Shown in pieces: positions 37,021 to 52,494 of a stretch of DNA of 64,000 bases. The stretch comes from the human T2T-CHM13v2.0 reference genome, Homo sapiens, in NCBI RefSeq assembly GCF_009914755.1, contig NC_060940.1, one strand, 5' to 3'. A program made the position numbers and the translations under genes. The notes beneath the pieces were generated by a model, which made no database searches, had not been told where the DNA came from, and was given only the letters and a program-made list of their open reading frames with translations. Position 1 is the first letter of the stretch. Every line of letters begins with the position of its first letter.

Positions 37021-37313
37021 GCAGCTAAGCAAACGTTTGCTTCTTTTTTCCCCTTCTGTAATGAATTAATCCCAACAAAACCCTTTAAAACAACAGACGG
37101 GTAAAAAGGACCGGGAAAGACGATGGTAATGAGGATAAAATTGTACGGCAGTCCCACCTGTCGAGACAATCCGGCCAGCCCGAAGTGCTCTAGAGAACAT
37201 CTGCACTTTCCTGGGATACAAGCCCCAGAAATAGGCTACTAGATGGCCAGCTGACCTAGAGCTAAGCAGAAGCCATCAGCTGGAGGCAGCGCAGAGGGTG
37301 GAGGAGGTTTCTA

Positions 37314-37868
<555 letters not shown>

Positions 37869-38295
37869 TCATGTGGGTTACAGTCCACGGACCTACCTAA
37901 TCCTGTGATCATTCTATTTCAGGCTGGTCTTACCAGCTCATAAATGTGGTAAGTTCCCCCCTGGTTGGGCTTCAAACGCCCTGAGGTATCTTGATTTACA
38001 ATTACGTGTTTGGGCTATTAGAATATGACATAGTAACTTGTTAGATGTCTTGTCAGTGCCCCTTTGCCCTTAGGGGGAAAAATAACTTAAACCTTTATTT
38101 GGCTTATGTTCGTGGTCAAAATTCAAAATGATCAAAAAAGGACACACTGAAAAAAATCTCCCACCCTTTTCCCTTCCCACCAAATTATTTTTTCTCCAAG
38201 GCAACCACTGTTACCAGTTTCTTATGTGTCCATCCGGAGAGATTCTCTGCATATACAATCATTAACAGTTCACAGACTATCTCCCCTTCAACTGA

Positions 38296-38635
<340 letters not shown>

Positions 38636-38924
38636 AAATCTCCATGTATTTAGCTTACATTTGTGTCTGGAAATAAAGCTCTGCAAGCAAGAGTAAAAAA
38701 TACCAAGGATATAGTAGCGGTTCGACCTAACACAAAAAATAGATGACTGACTTCAAAATGACAGAATTGGGGGGAAGACAATTAGAAGGGGATGAAAATA
38801 ATCTAAATGAAATTAATATAAGCCTCCCCCAAATAAGTGGGGAAAAAAATTGCAGCTGCCCCTCTGCCCTTTTCTTCTTTCCTACTATCATCATCAGAAT
38901 CAGTATCACTTAGGATTTTAGTTG

Positions 38925-39880
38925 TTATTAAGCAAACACTGAGCACTTTCTCTCAGCCAGACAGACATTGTTCTAGGAGGTGGAAATAGAGCAGAGAACA
39001 AGACACTGCCCTCAAGGAGCCAAATGCTTGTGGTGCAGATAGGTAGCACAGGAGCCTGTGTGAAGATGCTAGATCCTGGCAGGCACAGGAGTTAAGGGGG
39101 CAGGGAAGTTGTGCTGCAGCTAGAGTGCCTGGGGAGGCCTCTCTCAGAAGGGACAGTTGAGAGCTCAGTGATGAGAGGTAGGGAGCAAGAACATTGTAAG
39201 CAGCAAGAACGGGCAGTGATCCTGAGCACAATCTGGTCAGAAACAGAAAAGAGAGTTTGGCTTTAGCCGGGAGAAGACCCTCCACTTCTTCCTTTCCTGC
39301 ACATACAAACAATGCATATACCCCTCTTTAACAACTTAAATGGCTGTATGCCCCTTCACTATTCTGCTCCTAGCTTTTTCAATTATCTACCATGTATTTC
39401 AGGGATCATTCCCGATCAGCACACAAAACATGTCCTCATTCTGTTAAAGCTGTATGTTATTCCATTGTAGGGAAGAACCATAATTTATTCAACAGTGGTT
39501 ACTGCTGGACTGCCAATGGCAATCCTGTGCTACTACAAACATGGATAGCCACACCCTTGTCAAAAGTGTTATTTTAGGATTTCTACCAATATGGTGAAAA
39601 ATGGCACCTCCTTGTCATTTAAATTTGTCTCTTTATTAACAAAATTTAGCATCTTTTCTAATGTATGAGCCATTTGTATTTCCTTTCTTGCGAGCTGTTG
39701 GTTCCTTGCCCTTTAAAAACTGGACAGTTGCTATGTTTATTGATTTGTAGGGGATCTTATGGAAATCTGCACCTTGTTTGGCTCTGAGTTGCAAATAGTT
39801 TTCTCCTGGTTTGCTGTCTTTGTTTATGGCGGTCTCTGCCATGCACAAGTTTTTAAAAAAAATTATGAATGTATCATTGT
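38925..39880 (-). mobile_element. Degraded L2 (to ~39260) and L1ME-type fragments
   Basis: gagcactttctctcagccagacagacattgttctagg (L2); gccatttgtatttcc...ttgcaaatagttttctcc (L1). Confidence 0.5.
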
Positions 39881-40269
39881 TCTAAGCCTTTGAAGGATGT
39901 TGTCTCAGTTAAAATGAACTTCCTACTAAGGCAGGTACTACTCTGCTCGCTGATGCGAATGATCCAGCTGAAAGGGAGAAGACAGCAATGTGAGAGGGAC
40001 TAAGTGCAGGAATGATGACACTGGGAGAGGGAGCGAGGCCCGGCACAAAGGTGGAGCAGCGGCCACAGGCAGTACCACAAGGCAGGCAAGATCCATGGGT
40101 ACTGGCACTGGAAGGATGGTGGAGTCGCTGCTTCCAAACTCTCCCTCCTCTTTTCTTAGCCAAACACAGAGCTACTTTGAGGCGCAGGCCATTAGGCTTT
40201 ACTGACCTTTGCCCCTCCTTATTGCTGCCACAACTAACCTCTCCAGTCACTCAATCCCCTGTCACTGAC

Positions 40270-40643
40270 TGTATTAGTCCGTTCTCACACTGGTATCAAG
40301 AACTACCAGAGACTGGATAATTTATACAAAAAAGAAGTTTAATTGCCTCATGGTTCCACAGGTTGTACAGAAAGCATGGCTGGGAAGGCCTCAAGAAACT
40401 TTCAATCATGGCGGGAAGGGGAGGCAAGCACGTCTTACATGGGTGGCGCAGGAGGAAGAGACAGAAGTGGGAGGTGCCACACACTTTTAAACAACCAAAT
40501 CTCATGAGAACTCACTATCACGAAAACAGCAAGGGGGAAGTCCATGCCCATGATCCAATCACCTCCCACCGGGCCCCTCCTCCAATGCTGGGGATTATAA
40601 TTGGACAAGAGATTTGGGCGGGGCAGTAATCCAAACCATATCA
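40270..40643 (-). mobile_element. MSTA-like MaLR solo LTR
   Basis: tgtattagtccgttctcac ... ccaaaccatatca; TSD ctgac/ttgac. Confidence 0.9.
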
Positions 40644-41499
40644 TTGACCAACGACTTCAGCACTTGGGAGGAGTTTGCTCGTTTTCCCTTTTCCTCTCTT
40701 TCAAGTGACTTCAGTATCCACAGATGATCCAAACCTGGCCTCAATTTTTTCAACCTTCTCAGAGCCAATCAACTTTGTCTTTCACCCAGCTCAGCCACTT
40801 ACTCACACGGCATTCTCTCATACCCAATGAAACTGCTGCAACTTTTACTTCAAAGGTTCTGCTCTCTGTTCATTTCCTCTTACCCTTCTTAGCTTGGATA
40901 CTTTTGTACTTCCACTGAACTCAATGGCAAATCCAGGAGACAGGGAGAATTTGGAAGCAATGATGGGTTACAAGAGAGACATTTACTTCACCTCTCACTC
41001 TTGGGGAATGTGAAGCATGGGGGGGAAAAAGAGCCTCTGCCTGAGGTTGCTGCAGGTGGCAGTGTTTCCAGGGGACCACTGGGCCATTTCAGAAAAGGCA
41101 AGAAGATAAAGGGATCATTCATCAAGGAAGCAGAGACTGAAAGGAACCAATGGGTTCTAGTGTGTACACAGAAGCAGAGGATAGGGAGGGGTTGGAGAGG
41201 GGTCCATTCAGGGAATGTTCAGGGCAGAGTACAGATGAGCATCTTAAAGATGAGCATGATCTGGAGGACTGGATTTCTGGTGACAACTGCAATGGATATC
41301 AGAGCACAGTGTGAATGAGAACTTCTGGGTGGCTGTTTCTACCTGCGTCTAGTGATGTCACTGCTGTTGAGAGCGTGCAGCTGCTCACTTTCCAGAGGGT
41401 TACTGACCTAATGCATTTTCTGTTTTTTTGCTCATCTATTCTTTTTGATCCCCCCCTTTCATTTTTCTGGACAACATCCCTTGATAATTCTATAAAATA

Positions 41500-42300
41500 G
41501 GGATTATGAATGAGAAACTGAGTTCCTGCACACCTGAAAAATGTCTTCATTTGCCTTTGATATCTAAGGGATAGCTTCTGTGGGTACAGACTCTTAGGTT
41601 CTGGACTATGCTATTTCAGAACTCTGAATATGTTACTTTATCATCCTCTTGCGTGTTACCAGAAGACTCTGATGCCAACTTGATCCTTGATATTTTATAG
41701 GCTGGCCAGTTTTCTCTCTCTGGACGCTTCCATTATATGTGTACAATTTGAGTCTTCTTAAACTCATAACTTCACAGTGGGCACTCAGTGTTCCCTTTCA
41801 ATCTACAAATTGTTGCTTACGTTCTGGGAAATTTTCTCCCATTATTTCATTGGTTATTTGCTCCCTCCTCCACTGTCTCTGTCTCCTCCTCCTAGAACTC
41901 CTACTAGATGAACACTGGAACTTCTGAAATGAGCCTCCTTATTGTATTCACTTTTCTGTCAGCCTTTCTATCTCTTTGTCTTATTTTATATTCTAGGACA
42001 ATTCTTTGGCTCATTCGTCCTGCTCACTTTCTTCCTTTAGTTGTATCCATTCTGCTACTCAACCCTTTAATGAGGTTCTAACTAAAGGATCATGTTTTAT
42101 TTCCAAGGTCTAGGAAATAAAAATCATTCTTTTTTCTTATTTCATGAGTGCAGCATTCTCTTTTTATCTCTTTCAGGGATAAATTCACTTCCCTTAAAGT
42201 CTTCTTTAGGTTCTTATTAGGATCCTCCAATGTGAGCTTTTCAGTTTCTTCAGTTTGGTGTTTCTTTTATGATGGTTTGGCGACTGTTATGTGCTTGCTC
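41500..42300 (-). mobile_element. Old L1M/HAL1 ORF1-region remnant
   Basis: tctgatgccaacttgat, ttctgggaaattttctcccattatttc, ctagaactcctactagatg are typical of antisense L1 ORF1. Confidence 0.6.
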
Positions 42301-45300
42301 ATGGCTGTCTAGATCCTCGGTGTGTAAATGCTGCATTACTTCACCACTGCCAATCTCCATCGGTTACAGGGGAAGGGCAGGATATGCAGGGCTTCTGGAC
42401 TCTGACTTCCACCTTTAATTTGATTCCCTCAGCCTTCTGCCCTTTAGGAATTCCTCAGATTTCTAGACTTCTCAGGATGCTTCTTTTCTTCTAGCATTGC
42501 CAGGACATATATCTAACATATTAGGGATTTGGGGCATACATGTGATGCATGTTCAGTCTGCCAACTTGAGAGCCATCTTAACAGGAGCCCTTCAGCACTC
42601 ACCAGGTAGAAGCTGTTCTAGATATGAACCACTAATACCAAGGATCTTATAGTGGAAGACAAAGATTCCTTAAAAATCTTTAAATGGCACATGGAGAAGA
42701 TGTCTTAAGATGATCAATCCATTTTCTTTGCTTTGCTTACCAAACAAATCTTCCTGTTACTTTTTATGATTTTTCTGGTTTTGTTTATTATTTTCTCATA
42801 CTAGTTTTTGCATGCCTCAATAGGACAGACTCCTCTAGTTACTGAAATAGTAATTTTAAGTTAATAAGCAAGCATTTGAGTTTTGTAAGACAAATGTAAC
42901 GCCAGCCTTATGATTGTCATGAATCAATTCATCGCAATCTAATCGACTGATAAAATCACATTTCCAGGACCGCAATGCTCCTACGATGATCCTGTAACAG
43001 AGGTATCGACAACAACCCTGGAGCCTCCTTCAAATTATGGGACATCACCAACAATCAATCACTAAGAGAAGAAATAATTTAGAAGAAGAATTCATTTTTG
43101 GTTACTCAAATATAACCCAATTTAAAGGAGACTGTTATTTCTCTTCTCTAGTAAGCTACAGACAGGATCTGCTCCCTTTAATAAGATGCTTGGTTAATAA
43201 CATTTATTTACAGAGTAAAATTTTCTCTTTATTTCCCTCCACACTAAAATATTTACATAAACTCAAACCACTTATGTTGCCTATTCCAACCAGTTTCTTG
43301 TCAGAGTGAGTAGGAAAATTCTTCATTAAATGTCATTGCCTTTGGGGTAAACAGAACATAAATAAAAAACCAGTTTTATTAAGGTTCTGCAATAAGAGGA
43401 ACTATTTTTTGGACGAAATTTCTTTCTGCAAGTGAAGTTAAAGTTTTAAGAAACTTAAGAAAGAGAAGCCCATTGATAGACGCTCTACTTCTCTGTCACA
43501 GATTCTTTTCTGTCTTCTGTTTTTCATCTGCTGAGTAAGAAAAGAGTTAACTTATAAATGAGAGGAATGTTGTTTCAGCTCTACAGAAAGCTTTTAAGGA
43601 TGAGGTCAATGCGAGGACCAGCTTCTTCATTAACTCATTAACAAGACAGGTCACTGTGGCCTCAGGGTTCATTTATCAGCAGGAAAACCTCAGCTGGTAA
43701 TGGCTGGTTGTTTCCTGCACCTCTCAAAATTCCAAGCAGAGAAGTAGACTCCATTGTGAGTCTGTTTCCTGACTTGGAAGTAAAAAAAATATTTTCATGA
43801 TGACCATTCTTTTCTCAGGCTGGAGTTACATTTGGCCCAAAGACACACTGGGCATGCACAGTGCTTCCACTCCCAGAGCACTTTCTAATGCTTTCTTCCC
43901 TCTCCAGTTAATTATTCCTAATGATGCTATGTGCATCTCATTGGGTCTTCCTGACAAGGCACCAGTTTTTAAATGAATTTTTATGTAAATGTTAATGGCT
44001 GTAAATTAGGCAAGTTGCAGCAGTAATTGCCCACCCGTCCACCTGCACCACATACCACCAGCTACAATTCTCTTTGACAGCTGCTGTTCTTAACTGGGAC
44101 CTACTATTCCTAGTCCACAGTGGGATTCAAAGTTATTAATAACCCTATGGCAACCTAACTGGCTTTGCTATAATGTTCAGAAAGGTTTTCTTTTGTTTGT
44201 TCCTAGCATCTACCTTGGAGGAAGGAAATTATGAAGAGATTATCTTGAGGCTGTCAAGAGAAGATTGGTAGTTTTTCTCCAAAATAAGAGATTGGCTAGA
44301 TTAGCAGAGAGTTTAAAGCAAAACTTCAAGGGAACCCTCTCAGTGAGGGGATTATAAATGCAACTCCTATGTCTGGCATTGCTCTGGCAATTTGGGAAGG
44401 CTTCTTTGACAGCAGAAGGTTTCAGCAGAGTGTAGAAAGGAAAAAAAAAAAAGGCCTGACCCTGCAATGCTGACACACTTTCCACAGCTCCAGCCATAGC
44501 ATTTCTGGGGGAGGCCAAGCTGTCCTGTTCTCTTTCTTCTTCTTGCTTTAGTATTTTCCACCGTTTCTAGGACTCCCTTTCTGTGCTCAGTTTATTGCTG
44601 TACTCAAGCAGCCAGGTAACGAGGCAGTGTGGTTCCATGGAAAAGTAACTCTAGCTGGAGCAATCAAAAGACCTAGGTCTTTCGACTCTGTTCTGGTCCT
44701 TTGCCTCTCTTAACTTCCCTTTCCTGCAAAAGAAGCAGGTCCCTGTGGTCTCTTTCTCTTCTAAAACTCCAGTGGCATTTTATTAATTCCTAATATTTGT
44801 ATAGTTCACACATTCCAAGTTAAATAGCTTTTTTAAGGATGTACCTCATCCCTGAATATCACAGGCCACACCAACAGATGTTTCCAAAGGCCAGCACATT
44901 GCCAAAAATTCACTGTCAGGATTGATTTGTGGCTTCTGCTATGCCAATGATTTTATAACCCTCTGTTAACATCGAAGTTTACTTTTTACTTTAAGATGTA
45001 GAGAACACTGGTGCTTTTGAATTACCATTGCTGGAAAAGTCTGGGATGTATTGTTTTAAAAAATTGCTACTTGCTACAGTCACAAATCCTTGTTGGCACT
45101 CCTGTCTGCACTAGTATCCTTCCTCATTTGCCAGGAAGAAAAAGTCAGTATAACAGGAACTTATGTATCCAAAACTCTGCCATGTCTCAGCTTCAGAATA
45201 GCTTTGGCAAAGTAGATTGTTTTCTTTACCAGCTGACTCATTAACAGAAAGGCTGTAAAAGTTTGTTTACTTGGAACAAAAGGGGCAGGTAGTAAGGAGG

Positions 45301-45534
45301 TCACTGCTGGCTCATCACTTCCCACCCCTAATGGTAGCCAAAGCCAAATGCAGAGTTAGAGTTCTGCCTGGCCCTGTACATCTGCACACGTGGGCTCTAT
45401 CTGCATACTACAGCGGAAAAAAAACATCCTTTCTCTAGGCTCTTACTTGGGGGAAGAAGAACAAATATTTTGAGGTTAGGTGGCTAGGTTAAGAATCAGC
45501 AATCTTCCTCTTGCCTTTGGAAGAAACCACAGGG

Positions 45535-45734
45535 CAGTGATTCTCAACCTTGGGTCATTCTGCCCTCAGGAAACATTTGGTACAGTCTGGAGAAATTTTT
45601 GGTTGCCACAATCTGGGGAAGATATTACAGACATCTAGTGGGTAAAGGCTAGGGATGCTGCTAAACATGCTGTAATGCACAGGACAAAGAACTATCCAGC
45701 CCAAATGTCAGTGGTGCTAAGGTTGAGGAGTCTG
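45535..45734. mobile_element. MER20 (hAT-Charlie MITE)
   Basis: cagtgattctcaacc...catctagtgggtaaaggctagggatgctgctaaacat...aatgcacaggaca...ggttgag. Confidence 0.88.
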
Positions 45735-46733
45735 CCCTAGGTGAGATGGCACCCCCTCAATCCAATGGGGTCACTGGAGATCTGCTGCATGGAGGATGGC
45801 AGTCTCCCTGGTAAGGCACTCTGAGCTCCCTGGAAGAAAACAACTAGATTTAAGGTCAGGACTATTAGTGAACAAACCCCATAGGTACCAACTTCTGGTT
45901 GTTCTTGGGGAAGACAGAGACTTGCTTTGTCCTCAGAAAAATGGAAAAAAGTCCCTGGGCTAAACTGCAAGGCTCTACTACATGACACTAAATAAGTTAA
46001 AAAATGTTCCAGCAAAAACTCCTTTACATTTTAGCTCTTTAGAGAACAAAATGCTGCTGGCACTAGATAGCAGGCCTCTCCGCACATGCATGTTCTCTCT
46101 TGCTGAATAGCAGTTCCTCTGTTGAGGATTCCACCTCTGAGCAGTCCTCAAGGAGTCGTGGAACAGCCTGGCTATGGTTTCCTTACACTAAATGTGTTGA
46201 CTCCATTTTTTTCCAGCAAAAAAGGTGCAGTTAGTTCCACATCATGTAGATGAGAAACAAACACTAATGGAACAGTTCCAAGATGGAAAGGAAATGTAGA
46301 GAAAATGTATGTGTATGACAAAACAGCTAGGCCAATTCCCAGTCATTTGAGGGGGTTGGGGGACACAAGGCCTCAGGGCACCTGGGGAAGCCTGGAAAAG
46401 AGTTCATGACTTCATCACTAGCTCAATTATTTTACAAGCTTCCAAAAAGAAACTAGGCAGTAAGTTTCAGAACTGCCTTGGCCAGTAAACTAAAAATGGT
46501 CAATATCCTAGCACTGACTAGCCCTAGTCATACCACTCACAGTAACTCAGTTAATCAATGCAGGGTCATCTCGCGCATGAAAGGCTGATTTCCTAAGAAG
46601 GCAAAGAAAAGGAAATAATTCTGTAGATGATCTGGTAGTTGAGTAGACGGGGCAATACATAAGCATGCGACATTTTATGCAGAATTTTTAAAGGCATTTG
46701 CTTAATTGTGACATTTTAAGAATCTCTAGCAGG

Positions 46734-46765
46734 GTACTCACTTCCACAGCATGTATACTAAAATT
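46734..46765 (+). pseudogene. Tailless, 3'-truncated U6 snRNA retrocopy (U6 nt 1-32)
   Basis: GTACTCACTTCCACAGCATGTATACTAAAATT versus U6 GTGCTCGCTTCGGCAGCACATATACTAAAATT (26/32). It is flanked by a perfect 15-bp direct repeat AGAATCTCTAGCAGG. Confidence 0.88.
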
Positions 46766-47049
46766 AGAATCTCTAGCAGGAAACAGTTTCCCCCATTCCC
46801 AAATTAAAGCAGCACGAATAATTTTAGAGGTCTTATTTAGTGCAATTACTGTATGACAACAAGCTGTAATAAACCAGTTACTTAAAACCCAACCGATGAA
46901 TTGCTTGGCTACTGGATGAAAGTAACTAACTTTTGGCAGTAGTGCATAAATTCTGAAGCTGATGAAAAGCTTGCTCTGTCAGTATATACAAGGCTTTGAG
47001 GGACTATGCATGTTTTTTCACTGGTATACACAAACATAAAAAGGAACCA

Positions 47050-47152
47050 GAGTGATGGCTACACAACACTGTGTATGTACGAAATGCCACTGAATTGTAC
47101 ACTTTAAAATGGTTAATTTTATGTTAGGTGTATTTCACCACAGTAAGAAAAC
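47050..47152 (+). mobile_element. L1MB 3' terminal fragment
   Basis: aatgccactgaattgtacactttaaaatggttaattttatgtt. Confidence 0.8.
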
Positions 47153-47431
47153 AAAGGAAATCAGGTGTCAAATCACTTTAATTGCTTTAGAAAACAAAAT
47201 CATGGGACTTATGCCATTAGAAAAGTAACTATAAAATAATGGTACAATTCGTGACTGAACAACCACGTTATAGCTTATGTTCAGATATTTTATAGTAGGC
47301 GTGTATTCACCTAAGAAAAACCAAAACAAGAAGAAAAACTGAATGAAAAGCTACTCAAAACAAATCTTCAGAAAGGGACTAATAACCCTTACAAAGAGCC
47401 CAGAAGTAACATCATTTAGAAAGAACATCCT

Positions 47432-48437
<1,006 letters not shown>

Positions 48438-49081
48438 GAACATCCCAAAGTCTGCAAGAGAGTTTGGTAATAAGAGATCAAGATCATATGTTTTTTTCAT
48501 GCCATGAGTTGTTAAACAAAAGATCATTTGTTTTCTTACTGTGATCAGTTAGACCACCATGAGGAAAATAATTAAGTAAACTTTAAAATCTTGAAAAATG
48601 CTGAAAACTTTGAAAAATGTTCAAGGCACATGACAGTGGGTCCTAAGTTGGTGCTCATTTGCTGTAAGACCTGGTCATGTCATCGGTGACTAAGCTGAGG
48701 CTGCACCAGAGAACATAATCAAGGTCTTCTAGATATGAGGTCTGAGGCTTCCAGGTCTCTACTCAAGAAGAAATCTGAATGCATGTGAAGTGAAAAAGAA
48801 TTGGATGGTAGTGTGAGCAACACGGAACAATGGCTCAAATGTCAATGTTCAGTACTCCCAATGCATCTCCCATGAGCACTTCACTGTGCTTAAATTCTGC
48901 TGAATCCTCAGTGTTTACTAGCACATGTGAAGTGAAAGTAACAGAAAGGTGGTGAGATTGTGTCCTGGATTCTGACATCAAAGCTGTAGGTAAATGTAAA
49001 TGAAGTAGCCCAAGGACCAGGAATGTCAATGTGCTGAAGTTCTCTAGGGGTAAACTCTCCAGTGTAAAGAGCACCAGGTAG

Positions 49082-49485
<404 letters not shown>

Positions 49486-49829
49486 TCAAAAAAAAAAAAA
49501 AAAGTCAGCACCTACTACAAAAGATTGATATGCCATCCAAACTCTGGAAATAATTTTGCCCCATTCCTCTTCTCTGAGGTGGTATTTTGCTGCCTAATCA
49601 AAACTCGAAAATCTAGTTAGTCAACAGGACTTGCCCACCCCACTCCTGAAAAAAAATTCTGCTTAGCTTGGGAAAACACAGATGGTCTTGTCTGTCCTTC
49701 CATATGACAGCAAGTAGTTGGTGTCACAATGCGTCCCGGGAGCAGGAGTTCAGTAACAAGGGTCAGCATTTCTTTATTAATAGCATGAAAATGCATCCCA
49801 AGTGACCTTCAAAATAGAAGAAAGAACAG

Positions 49830-51215
<1,386 letters not shown>

Positions 51216-51399
51216 AATAAACAAAAAAATCAACTTTAAGCCCAAAGCCTAAAATTTCTTGGGCTCTGCTTTTGTGGCTCATCTTGAATGGGAAAGAAAT
51301 GCTCATTTAATATTAAAAACCTGCAGTAGACCATAAGTTGTTTTTTTCTTTTTTGGCTCACTTTATATTTTTAAAATTCAAATTTTACTGCAGTAATTA

Positions 51400-52420
51400 T
51401 TTACTGCAAGCTTTTTTTTGTATTGATATAATTTGCACATCATAAGATACAGCTCTTAAGTGAATCATGTCTGTGTTGCCATATTATCTTTCAATCCATG
51501 AACATTAAATGTCTTTACTCAGAACTCATTAATTTCTTTGAACAGTATTTTGTAGATTTCAGCATACAATTGTGCACATCTATTGTCAAAGTTATTCCTA
51601 TTCTTTTTGATGCTTTTGTAAATGGAACTGTCTCCATTTAATTTTTGTTTTCAGAGACAGGGTCTTGCTGTCTGCCACCCAGGCTGGAGTATAGTGGTAC
51701 GATCACAGCTCACTGCAGCCTCAAACTCCTGGGCTGGAGCGATCCTCCTGCCTCAGCACCCTGAGTAGCTGGGACTACAGGGGCATGCCACCACACCTGG
51801 ATAACTTTTTTTGTTCGTTTTCTGGTAGAGATGGAGTCTCTGTTGATCAGGCTGGTTTTAAATTCCTGGCCTCAAGCAATTCAGCCTCTTAAAGCCTCCC
51901 AAAGTGCTAGGATTACATCCATGAGCCACTGCACCAGGGCTGTCTCCTTAATTTCATTTTTGGATGGTTCACTGCTAGTTTATAGAAATACAGTTCTTAG
52001 GCTGGGTGCGGTGGGTCACACCTGTAATCTCAAGGCACTGTGGGAGGCCAAGGCAGGTGGATTACTTGAGGGCAGTTCAGGACCAGCCAGGCCAAAATGG
52101 TGAACTCCCATCTCCACTAAAAATAGAAAAATTAGCCGGGCGTGGTGGCGGGCGACTGTAATCCCAGTTACTCAGGAGGCTGAGGCAGGAGAATCACTTG
52201 AACCCGGGAGTGGAGGTTGCGGTGAGCCAGGATCATGCCACTGCACTCTAGCCTGGGTGACAGAGCGAGACTCTGTCTCAAAAAAAGAAAAAAAAGAAAT
52301 ATAGTTCCTAGCACTTTGGGAGGCTAAGGCAGAAAGACTGCTTGACCCCAGGTTGAGAATGCAGTGAGCTGTGTTTGTGCTGCTGTACCCCAGCCTGGGC
52401 GACAGAGCGAGACTCCGTCT

Positions 52421-52494
<74 letters not shown>

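Noticed and set aside
36827-37169. ORFs with TLTLTL / LGLGLG repeats
   Set aside because: These are simply the telomeric hexamer translated.
39940-40200. Mildly CpG/GC-rich patch with overlapping ORFs next to the MSTA LTR
   Set aside because: It is too short and CpG-poor for a CpG island, and the ORFs have no recognisable homology or splice structure.
42908-42953. C/D-box snoRNA-like arrangement (ATGATTG...CTGA with TTAT/ATAA ends)
   Set aside because: The C box is non-canonical, it is only ~45 nt, and it is antisense to the host transcript.
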